Source of the DNA: a virus
Taxonomy: Duplodnaviria; Caudoviricetes
Direction: 5' to 3' (one strand)
DNA length: 30,750 nt
IMG/VR virus record: IMGVR_UViG_3300017655_000251
Span: 1 to 30,750 of that record
Positions 8,569-15,893 of this stretch are shown piece after piece (position 1 is the first letter of the stretch; each line of letters opens with the position of its first letter). The notes under the pieces were generated by a model, which saw only the letters and a list, made by a program, of their open reading frames with translations, ran no database searches and was not told the origin of the DNA. Position numbers and translations under genes: made by a program.

Positions 8569-9264
8569 TCACTCAATTTCGATCTGGCCGGCGACTACGC
8601 AGCCCAGGAACTGCACCGGCCCGGTTATTTTTTCTGGTTCATATCTCGGGTTGAGCGGCAGCAGATACCGATCATCACCGACGATGCTTAGCTTGCGGAA
8701 AATAGGCGCCTTTCCAGGTTCTCTAACGACCACTAGAGATCGATGCTTTGGCGATTTCTTCGGGTTTACGATAATGATCGTTCCCTCGGGAAATGATGGC
8801 GCACCTACGGGGTTTAACATCACTTCGCCTACAACGCGTAGCGCAAACATTCCCTCGGTCACATCGATGTAGGTATCAACCCACTCGTCGACGTTGTCAT
8901 CCATAATCATGCCTGTTTCCGTGTCATCTGGTATCCGCGTGAGCAGCGGAACTTTCCGTGGTGTGTTGCCTACAGGATAGACGTTCCCGGCCGAGGCGCT
9001 AGACGGAGCGTCAGCATCGGGGTACATCGGCTCAATGCCGTACTCAAGCCATTCGGGCCGCACGCCGGTTTTCCGGGCAATGATCTCCAGGCGCGAGCGG
9101 GCCGGGATCGCCTCACCATTGAGCCATTTGCTGCTTGCCTTGGGGCTGGCGCCTGTGATCCTGGACAACATAGCTCCTGCGCCGCGCCCATCCAAGCCGG
9201 ATTTTTTGAGCGAATCCCACAGGCGGGCGGAAAAAGCGCTTCTGATTGTGTCGGAATGTACCAT
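8569..9264 (-). CDS. cI: CI-like repressor (XRE HTH plus S24-like C-terminal domain, apparently catalytically dead)
   Basis: HTH (ASPKASSKWLNGEAIP...VRPEWLEYG) and S24 fold motifs (FALRVVGEVM, FPEGTIIIVNP, YLLPLNPRY); divergent from cro. Confidence 0.9.
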   Translation of the reverse strand: MVHSDTIRSAFSARLWDSLKKSGLDGRGAGAMLSRITGASPKASSKWLNGEAIPARSRLEIIARKTGVRPEWLEYGIEPMYPDADAPSSASAGNVYPVGNTPRKVPLLTRIPDDTETGMIMDDNVDEWVDTYIDVTEGMFALRVVGEVMLNPVGAPSFPEGTIIIVNPKKSPKHRSLVVVREPGKAPIFRKLSIVGDDRYLLPLNPRYEPEKITGPVQFLGCVVAGQIEIE

Positions 9265-9327
9265 AGGTTCATTTTCCTGAGACTTGCGTGTACTGTCAGT
9301 CCGTGTTTAATATGTACTTCTAGTTCA
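9257..9327. promoter_or_regulatory. Right operators (OR3/OR2/OR1) with PR and PRM candidates
   Basis: TGTAC-catag-GTTCA (9257-9271), TGTAC-tgtca-GTCCG (9289-9303), TGTAC-ttcta-GTTCA (9313-9327); PR TTGCGT(9284)-N18-TAATAT; PRM (minus) CTGACA-N17-GAAAAT. Confidence 0.8.
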
Positions 9328-9342
9328 TATTCGGGATGAGAC

Positions 9343-9618
9343 ATGACCGCATTTGCCGACTCCATTACCAAGATTGGCGTTCCCAAAGCCGCCCGCGCCT
9401 GCGGGGTCAGTGTGAGGGCCGTCTACAAGTGGCTCTCTCAGGGAGCCTTGCCGCGGACGGACTTCACCGGAGAAACGCGGTACGCCGAAATCCTGGCCAC
9501 TTTGTCGGGGGGAGCCTTTACCGCCGATTGGCTGCGGTCCATCGCAAACCCGTCCGCAAAGGGAGGGCGGGGCTGCTGCGCGCCACCCTCGCATATTTCG
9601 CCGAAAGGCTCTGCTTGA
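9343..9618 (+). CDS. cro: Cro-like repressor
   Basis: 91 aa; HTH GVPKAARACGVSVRAVYKWL; divergent from cI. Confidence 0.85.
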   Translation: MTAFADSITKIGVPKAARACGVSVRAVYKWLSQGALPRTDFTGETRYAEILATLSGGAFTADWLRSIANPSAKGGRGCCAPPSHISPKGSA

Positions 9619-9646
9619 TACCAGGCAATCAGAGGGGAAAATTCTC

Positions 9647-10138
9647 ATGGCACGCCCATCCAACGCAGCGAAGCTCGCTGCCCGACACCGGACATGGCCT
9701 CTTGATGAGGCCCTGCACAAAGCGGCTCTTGACTACGGTCTGGAGCCGCTTGCTTTGCAGCTGCAGCGCCCGCTATCCACGCTCGCCAACTCCCTGAATC
9801 CCGACACGCCGGAACGACGGCCGACGCTGGAGTTGTTCCTCGCGGTGGCGGGAGAGACGCAGGACGAGCGCATTCTCGATGCGTTTTTGAGCCTGTTCCC
9901 TGGCAGGGCGTGGTTCACGCTGCTAGATAGTGGACTGGAGTGCCACGAACTGCTGCGGGTGTTCGTGGATCTCAGCAAGAAGTCCTCGCGAGCCGTCGAC
10001 GCGATGATCACCGCGCTCGAGGACGGCGTGATCGATGAGGACGAGTGGCCAGCGTTGGAGTATGACCTGCGCCGGCTGCTGGCGGCCACGCAGGGGTTGA
10101 TGCAGTTGGCGGAGAGCAAACGGAGGGCGGCGCCATGA
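9647..10138 (+). CDS. Phage regulatory CII-family protein
   Basis: Follows cro; STLANSLNPD...PTL and ALEDGVIDEDE motifs typical of CII/CP76-like regulators. Confidence 0.7.
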   Translation: MARPSNAAKLAARHRTWPLDEALHKAALDYGLEPLALQLQRPLSTLANSLNPDTPERRPTLELFLAVAGETQDERILDAFLSLFPGRAWFTLLDSGLECHELLRVFVDLSKKSSRAVDAMITALEDGVIDEDEWPALEYDLRRLLAATQGLMQLAESKRRAAP

Positions 10139-10455
10139 AAATTACTCACGCGGTAGAAATCAACGGCACTATTGCAAGCCTGACTTTTGAAGCCCTTCCC
10201 GCAGTATTTCAAGAGATTCTTGCAGGTGTGCCAGCTTCTCCTCTAGAACCAGGTATTGCCGACGAGGCCTGGGTGGCAGCGTTTCGCGGTACTCCGATCC
10301 CCGCCGAAGTACATCAGCTGCTGCTGCAAGCGCACGATCTACTGCATCAAAGTCTGGTTTGTTCATGCCTCGAGTTATCCATTCAGCGCCAGCGGGAGGC
10401 TCGACAGAATAGCACCTCGCGCCCCGGGCCGGGGGAGGTACTGAAACATGGCTGA
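10135..10455 (+). CDS. Hypothetical protein
   Basis: 106 aa, ATGA-coupled to the upstream gene, GGAGG SD. Confidence 0.55.
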   Translation: MKITHAVEINGTIASLTFEALPAVFQEILAGVPASPLEPGIADEAWVAAFRGTPIPAEVHQLLLQAHDLLHQSLVCSCLELSIQRQREARQNSTSRPGPGEVLKHG

Positions 10456-10672
10456 TCACGCAGATATTGCCGGGGAATACATCGACCGCGCCACAGCGGC
10501 GCAGATCGAGAATGTGCGGCGGCGGTTGGGCAAAGTGGAGTCGACCACGCTGGTGCGTGAGTGCCTGGAGTGCGGAGAGCTGATACCTGCCGCCAGGCTG
10601 GCAGCGATGCCCGGCGCCAGGCGTTGCGTGTACTGTCAATCGACATCCGAACGGCGCGGACTGGAAGGGTAG
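10448..10672 (+). CDS. TraR/DksA C4-type zinc finger protein
   Basis: MADHADIA (DxxDxA), CLECGELIPAARLAAMPGARRCVYCQ. Confidence 0.92.
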   Translation: MADHADIAGEYIDRATAAQIENVRRRLGKVESTTLVRECLECGELIPAARLAAMPGARRCVYCQSTSERRGLEG

Positions 10673-10675
10673 AGC

Positions 10676-12871
10676 GTGTCCCTCGATCGAGTACTCGACC
10701 AGCTGCGCAGCTACGGCCTGCTGGTGGACGACCTGGAGGTCGGCCGCCTGGTGCGCGTGGATGTTGAAGGGCACCGCCGGTGTTCGCGAAACGGCTGGTA
10801 TTCGCTATTTTGGTACGATCGCCCCGATGGCACCCAGGTGCCCGCCGGCAACTACGGCAATTGGGATACCGGCGATGTGCAAAAGGTCTGGCTCAAGGGC
10901 ATGGGCCTGAGCAAGACCGAGAAAGACATCGTCAACCAGCGTTGCGCCGACAACAAGCGCATTGCCCTGCAGATGCGCAGCGAGGCCGCACGCCGGGCCG
11001 CGCGCACCGCGGAGGCTATGTGGCGCAAGGCCAAGGTCGCCGGCACCTCCGACTACCTGACTTTGCGCGGCATTCGGCCCTACGGTGTGCGCTTTGGCAG
11101 CAATGGTGCTGTGATCGTGCCGATGCGTAACCAGCACGACACGCTGGTGGGCCTGCAATTCCTGTACGACGAAGGCAGCGGCGAAACGCTGCGCGATGGT
11201 TACCGGCCCGCCGGCGTCGCGCGCCACGGGGCCATGCACATCATTGGCCGCATTGTGCGCGGCAAGCCTATCGGCCTCTGCGTGGACTACGCCAGCGGCG
11301 CAGCGATCCACGAGGCCACGCACCTGCCGATGGTGGTGGTCTTCGAGGCCGACAACCTTTTAACCGTGATCCAAAGCCTGCGCGCGGTGAACAGCACCTC
11401 GCCGCTGCTGCTGTGTGGCGCGGCTGACAAGGACCGCAAGCACGGCAGCTGGGAGCTATTTGCCAAACTGGCGATGGAACAAGCGTGCCACCTGGTGCGG
11501 CCTCTGTTTCGCGGCAAGCAGCCGGCGGAGCTGGCCACGTTTGCCGACATGCTCAAGGTGGGCGTGCTCGATGACGTGCATGACGCGTTTGCGGTGGTGT
11601 TTGAGGATCTCGCCGACTGGAAGCACCAGCTCGGTCGCAGCCGCCAGGGCGGCCTCAAGGGCGACACGCGCAACGTGTATCTGGTGCTGGGCAACGATCC
11701 GGCTTGGCGCGATGTGCTGAGCCATTGTTCGTTTTCCGACCGCACCCTCAAGACACGCCAGCCGCCGTTCCCCCAAAGCGCGCACGCTGCACTGAACAAC
11801 GAGTGGAGTGACGACGACACCAACCGAACGGACGTCTGGCTTGCTCAGCATTACGATATTCCCGCGCCGCCCTCGGTGATCAATGCCGCGGTGGACATGG
11901 TGGCTCGCGACAACGCGCGGCATCCGGTGCGCGAATACCTCGAACAAGTGGCGAGTGCCTGGGACGGTAGGATGCGGCTCGACGCGTGGCTGAGCGATTA
12001 TCTGGGCGTGTCGCCCAGCGAGTACGTGCGCCTGGTGGGCGCCAAGTGGTTGGTGGGCGCCGTGGCCCGGGTGATGGAGCTCGGCGCAAAGAACGATACG
12101 GTGCTGATCCTCGAGGGGCCGCAAGGTATCGGCAAAAGCACCGCGCTCAAAGTGCTCGGCGGGGAGTGGTACAGCGATACGCAGTTTCCGCTCGGCGAGA
12201 AAGACGGGTTCGAGCAGCTCAAGGGCGTGTGGATCTATGAGCTTGCGGAGCTCGACAGCTTCAACAAGGCCGAAGCCACGCGCGCCAAGTCGTTTTTTGC
12301 CTCGCAGGTCGACCGCTACCGCAAGGCCTACGGGCGCAGGCCGGAGAGCCATGCACGCCAAAACGTATTTGCGGGCACAACGAACCAGGACGCGTACCTG
12401 ACGGACCCGACCGGCAACCGGCGATACTGGCCTGTGTACTGTCACGCGATCAACCTTGCGGCACTTGAGCGTGACCGCGATCAGCTATGGGCGGAAGCCT
12501 ACCTCCGCTACCAGACCGGCGCCGTGTGGCATGTGCTGCCGGCAGAAGGCCACTTGTTCGAAGCCGAACAAGAGCAGCGCTTTGTCACGGATAGCTGGGA
12601 GACGCGAGTGGAGCAGTGGTTGGATGATGCCGGCCAGGTGATGTCCGACGCGTTCACCATGGGAGAGATATTCGAAGGCGCGCTTGGTATGGAGCCGGCG
12701 CAGCAACGCAAGCCTGAGCAGATGCGGCTGGCATCGATCTTGACACGCATGGGCTGGACGCGAACCAAGGTCCGCACCGGAAAAACCCGCACATTGAAAT
12801 ACCGACGCCCCAGCAAGCTGCAGGCCCAGCAAGTGGCGTCCCAAGCGCCGGAGACACGGTATGAGCATTAA
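10676..12871 (+). CDS. DNA primase/helicase-like replication protein (Toprim-like domain plus VirE/VapE P-loop ATPase)
   Basis: 731 aa; Walker A GPQGIGKST, Walker B WIYELAEL, FAGTTN, DPTGNRRYWPV, RDQLWAEA; N-terminal half resembles TraC/P4-type primase. Confidence 0.88.
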   Translation: MSLDRVLDQLRSYGLLVDDLEVGRLVRVDVEGHRRCSRNGWYSLFWYDRPDGTQVPAGNYGNWDTGDVQKVWLKGMGLSKTEKDIVNQRCADNKRIALQMRSEAARRAARTAEAMWRKAKVAGTSDYLTLRGIRPYGVRFGSNGAVIVPMRNQHDTLVGLQFLYDEGSGETLRDGYRPAGVARHGAMHIIGRIVRGKPIGLCVDYASGAAIHEATHLPMVVVFEADNLLTVIQSLRAVNSTSPLLLCGAADKDRKHGSWELFAKLAMEQACHLVRPLFRGKQPAELATFADMLKVGVLDDVHDAFAVVFEDLADWKHQLGRSRQGGLKGDTRNVYLVLGNDPAWRDVLSHCSFSDRTLKTRQPPFPQSAHAALNNEWSDDDTNRTDVWLAQHYDIPAPPSVINAAVDMVARDNARHPVREYLEQVASAWDGRMRLDAWLSDYLGVSPSEYVRLVGAKWLVGAVARVMELGAKNDTVLILEGPQGIGKSTALKVLGGEWYSDTQFPLGEKDGFEQLKGVWIYELAELDSFNKAEATRAKSFFASQVDRYRKAYGRRPESHARQNVFAGTTNQDAYLTDPTGNRRYWPVYCHAINLAALERDRDQLWAEAYLRYQTGAVWHVLPAEGHLFEAEQEQRFVTDSWETRVEQWLDDAGQVMSDAFTMGEIFEGALGMEPAQQRKPEQMRLASILTRMGWTRTKVRTGKTRTLKYRRPSKLQAQQVASQAPETRYEH

Positions 12872-13439
12872 CAGGCTGGGCATGATCTGCCTGCGCGGTG
12901 TCAACCTGGACGCGGTCGGTGGACGCGCCACAGCGGGCGGCACCAGCTGGGCGGACGTGGCCGGCGCGCTGAGCGGGGTTGACCGCCGTTCGCTTGATCT
13001 GGCGTACTATCTGTTCCAGGACGACAAAATGGCAGGCCGCCGACTGAAGGCCGCCGTGGTTGACGTGATGGTGCATGCGAGCGGCTATGAGCTGAGCCTG
13101 TACCTGACAGAATTCAACGGCCTTGCCGAGGCCGTCATGCAAGAGTTGTTACGGCCCGAGCCCTGCCGCGTTTGCGGTGGCGGTGAGCCCAATGCCTCGC
13201 AATCTCCCCCGCGAGGGGAGCCCCCGGAGGCGCGTCCGCAAGGCGGCAGCAAGCGCTGCTCGCTCTGTAACGGCGCAGGGGTAACGCAGTGGTCCATTCG
13301 ACGGGTGGCCAGGACGGCCAGCCTTGACGATCGGACATTTCAACGGCGCTGGTCCCACATCCACGGGGCTGGCTACCGGGCCATGTGTTCCTGGCTCGCA
13401 GGCCTGAGCAATCACCTGCAGGAACAGTTCTCTACATAA
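12861..13439 (+). CDS. Putative late antiterminator (Q-like, zinc-binding)
   Basis: CRVCGG...CSLCNGAG followed by an HTH-like segment; lies between replication and late promoter/terminators. Confidence 0.65.
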   Translation: MSINRLGMICLRGVNLDAVGGRATAGGTSWADVAGALSGVDRRSLDLAYYLFQDDKMAGRRLKAAVVDVMVHASGYELSLYLTEFNGLAEAVMQELLRPEPCRVCGGGEPNASQSPPRGEPPEARPQGGSKRCSLCNGAGVTQWSIRRVARTASLDDRTFQRRWSHIHGAGYRAMCSWLAGLSNHLQEQFST

Positions 13440-13535
13440 ATCCCCTGCCTGGGCAAGACGCCCACGCCCGAGATTTTTTTTAACTGGCAGCCTTGCCAGT
13501 GGTTTTCTGCACCCTGAATTTCTGTACTGACGTGC

Positions 13536-13801
13536 GAGGTCCGGACCTCTATACGGCGCGCGCCGCACATAAGCTTTTGATTTATCGGCCTGGTCCACAC
13601 GGTCCCGACCTGGGCCACCAGCGGGGAGATGGCCGCACGCGGTGTTGGAGCGTGGCGTTGAACTGCACTTTCATTGCCATTCTTTATTTTGTTGAAGTGT
13701 TGGAAATAGGTGTGGACCGTCAGGACCGTAGGGACCACCCCAGTGGAATCAAGGCTTTTCGCGGTCCACACCTCGGGAAACTGGTCCCATCGATGGGACC
13801 A
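13536..13801. repeat. GGWCC repeat and palindrome cluster, candidate replication origin
   Basis: Ten exact GGTCC/GGACC copies in 266 bp; palindromes 13536-13549 and 13782-13801; inverted pair 13709-13719/13762-13772; AT-rich tract about 13667-13708; IHF consensus match 13570-13582. Confidence 0.65.
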
Positions 13802-13869
13802 TTGCGAATTATTCTTATTTGATCGATCCAAAAATCGGGAGTTTTTTTGCAGCAAACCCCTTGATTCTC

Positions 13870-13897
13870 TTGCCCTGCGCAGTTTGGCCCCTAAAAT
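13870..13897 (+). promoter_or_regulatory. Candidate late promoter (pR'-like)
   Basis: TTGCCC-N16-TAAAAT directly upstream of a strong terminator and the lysis genes. Confidence 0.5.
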
Positions 13898-13911
13898 TTC
13901 TAGTGTGCAAG

Positions 13912-13944
13912 AAGCCCGCCCGATGCAAATCCGGCGGGCTTTTT
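13912..13944 (+). terminator. Intrinsic terminator (tR'-like)
   Basis: AAGCCCGCC...GGCGGGCTT stem followed by a T run. Confidence 0.8.
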
Positions 13945-13989
13945 AATGGGCGGAGCCCAGCCGCACGATGCGATGTTTCCCCTTATGGC

Positions 13990-14023
13990 GCCCGGTTCCA
14001 GTTTGGTCCGGGCCTTTTTTTTT
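13990..14023 (+). terminator. Second intrinsic terminator before the lysis cassette
   Basis: GCCCGG...CCGGGC stem followed by T9. Confidence 0.7.
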
Positions 14024-14034
14024 GGAGAACCGGG

Positions 14035-14295
14035 ATGGGCGAGTACGCCGCCGAGATAGTGGCCGTGGTGCTGTTCCTGATCGGCCAGGCCATCTTCATG
14101 ATCTACAACTGGGGAAGGCAGACGGCGAGCGTCGAAAGCCTGGCGCGAACGGTGAGCGAGTTCACCGCCGACAGCCGGCGCCGGTTCGCCGCGCAGGACA
14201 CGATCCTGCAAGGGCACACCGAGCAGCTCAACCGGCACAACGGGCGTATCGGCACGCTCGAGGGCCGCCTGTTGGCCGCCAAGGGGGGCGCATGA
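14035..14295 (+). CDS. Putative holin-like single-TM protein
   Basis: 86 aa; N-terminal TM (IVAVVLFLIGQAIFMIY) then a coiled-coil-like tail; first late gene; GGAG SD. Confidence 0.55.
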   Translation: MGEYAAEIVAVVLFLIGQAIFMIYNWGRQTASVESLARTVSEFTADSRRRFAAQDTILQGHTEQLNRHNGRIGTLEGRLLAAKGGA

Positions 14296-14813
14296 TCGGC
14301 GGTCGCGATATCAACCAAAGCATCGCGTTCAACGCTCTGATCCAGCAGGCCTGCGAGCAGCACCTGCCGGGCCTGGACTGGCGCGTGCTGAAGGCGCAGC
14401 TCTATGCGGAGAGCCGACTGATTCCCCGAGCGGCGTCACCAGCTGGTGCGCAGGGCATAGCGCAGTTCATGCCAGCCACTTGGGCGGAGATCGCGCCGCA
14501 GCTCGGCTTCGGGGAGCGCACGCCGTGGGAGCCGGAAGCGGCAATACCGTGCGCCGCGTTCTACATGGCGCGGCTCTGGCGCGAGTGGACAGCTCCCAGA
14601 CCAGTGATCGATCGCTATCTGCTGGCCCTGGCGAGCTACAACGCGGGCCTAGGCAGCGTGCTGAAGGCGCAAGAGACTCGCGGCAATCCAGCCCTGTATG
14701 CGGACATCATCAAGGGTCTGCCAACAGTCACCGGTGCGCGGGCAACCGAAACCATTACCTACGTGCGCCGCATCATGCAGTTCTATGCGGAGCAGGTGCT
14801 GGGCTTCCAATGA
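14292..14813 (+). CDS. Endolysin, SLT-type lytic transglycosylase
   Basis: 173 aa; AQLYAES (catalytic E), AASPAGAQGIAQFMPATW, ALASYNAGLG, ETITYVRRI; no signal/SAR segment. Confidence 0.92.
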   Translation: MIGGRDINQSIAFNALIQQACEQHLPGLDWRVLKAQLYAESRLIPRAASPAGAQGIAQFMPATWAEIAPQLGFGERTPWEPEAAIPCAAFYMARLWREWTAPRPVIDRYLLALASYNAGLGSVLKAQETRGNPALYADIIKGLPTVTGARATETITYVRRIMQFYAEQVLGFQ

Positions 14814-15712
14814 TCACATTCAATGCCATCGCGCAGGCGGCGCGGCTGTGCGTCGCCCTATACGCCAAGCTCGAAGAGCGCCGCGACCTGCCCACCAACG
14901 GCGGCCTGGGTGCGCTTGGTGTGGACGAGCTGCTGATCGTGCTGGACAGGCCTACGGATGGCGAGGCGTTCCTGTGCGTCGATCACACGCAGCAGCTGGT
15001 GACCTGCGTGGTGCGCGGCAGCGAACGGCCACTGAGCGATACCGGCGGGTGGCGCGACTGGATCAACAATTTCCGCAGCTGCAAGGTGCCATTCTACGGC
15101 GGCCTATCAGCCCACGCCGGGTATGCCGCTGCCGCAAGAGCGCTGGCAGAACAACTGCTGCAGCTGCTCGGCGTGTTTCCGGACTACCGCGTGCGCATTA
15201 CCGGGCATTCGCTGGGTGGCTCGGTGGCGCTGCTGCTGGCGATCGCCATGGCCTGGCTGCAACCGACGCCGCGATTTCGGCAGCAGCTGGAGCTGATCAC
15301 GTTCGGGCAGCGCAAGGTGGCGAGCCGCCGCGACCTGTTGATGACGGTGCAATGCCAGTACGCGCGCGTGCAGAACGGCGGCGATGTGGCTTGCAGAACA
15401 CCGCTTTGGTTCGGCTACGGCCACTACGGACGCCACGTGTATTACCCGCACGACAAAAGCGAGCAAGGCCTGTGGTGGATCAATCCGTCGCGCTGGGCGC
15501 AGTTCGTGGACCAGATTCCGACCGTGTTCGAAGACGTACTCGATCACAGCATCAAACGCTATTCCCATCGCGCCGACCTGGCGCTTATCAAGGAGGCACT
15601 CCATGACGAAGCCGTTTCCGATGACGCAACACGCGGGCAGCATCAAGCTGGCCGGCCTCTGCCTGGTACTGAGTCTGCCGGCGGTGCTGGTGGGTTGCCA
15701 GGGCCTGGGTAA
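14810..15712 (+). CDS. Class 3 lipase (alpha/beta hydrolase)
   Basis: 300 aa; VRGS, DW, HAGY, ITGHSLGG (nucleophile Ser), ITFG, DVACRTP (Asp), GYGHYG, DHSIKRY (His); ATGA-coupled to the endolysin. Confidence 0.9.
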   Translation: MITFNAIAQAARLCVALYAKLEERRDLPTNGGLGALGVDELLIVLDRPTDGEAFLCVDHTQQLVTCVVRGSERPLSDTGGWRDWINNFRSCKVPFYGGLSAHAGYAAAARALAEQLLQLLGVFPDYRVRITGHSLGGSVALLLAIAMAWLQPTPRFRQQLELITFGQRKVASRRDLLMTVQCQYARVQNGGDVACRTPLWFGYGHYGRHVYYPHDKSEQGLWWINPSRWAQFVDQIPTVFEDVLDHSIKRYSHRADLALIKEALHDEAVSDDATRGQHQAGRPLPGTESAGGAGGLPGPG

Positions 15713-15893
15713 CCAGCTGCAGGATGGTTACCAGGTGGGTGATGCCACCCGCGCCGCCGTGCAGGACCTGTCGGCGCTTTGCGACCCCGCGCACCCCGAA
15801 GCCCGCCGCACCGCCCGCGCCGCGTACTTCCTCGCCACCGGCCAGCCGTTCCCGATACCGGTGTGCGACGTCTACAACGGGGTCGCGCAATGA
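15603..15893 (+). CDS. Predicted lipoprotein
   Basis: 96 aa; AAGGAGG SD; hydrophobic signal ending in lipobox LVG-C; Gln at +2 (outer-membrane sorting by the E. coli rule); overlaps the lipase 3' end by 110 bp. Confidence 0.72.
   Translation: MTKPFPMTQHAGSIKLAGLCLVLSLPAVLVGCQGLGNQLQDGYQVGDATRAAVQDLSALCDPAHPEARRTARAAYFLATGQPFPIPVCDVYNGVAQ

Noticed and set aside
7393-9327. Operators as host LexA/SOS boxes
   Set aside because: The N5 spacing fits none of CTG-N10-CAG, GAAC-N4-GTTC or GTTC-N7-GTTC; placement fits phage OL/OR
13483-13506. Hairpin ACTGGCA-gcct-TGCCAGT as terminator after the Q-like gene
   Set aside because: The T tract is short and separated from the stem by GG; too weak to call
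13536-13801. Possible CRISPR or mini-array
   Set aside because: Repeats are 5-11 bp, in both orientations, without regular unique spacers; no cas genes
13412-13946. ORFs 13412-13855 (-), 13493-13822 (+), 13710-13946 (+) and the 13819 extension
   Set aside because: They cross the repeat, promoter and terminator region, lack convincing SDs and have no protein-like motifs; treated as non-coding
13968-14809. Upstream extensions of the endolysin (13968) and lipase (14480) ORFs
   Set aside because: ATGA-coupled starts at 14292 and 14810 fit better; the extensions overlap other genes or terminators
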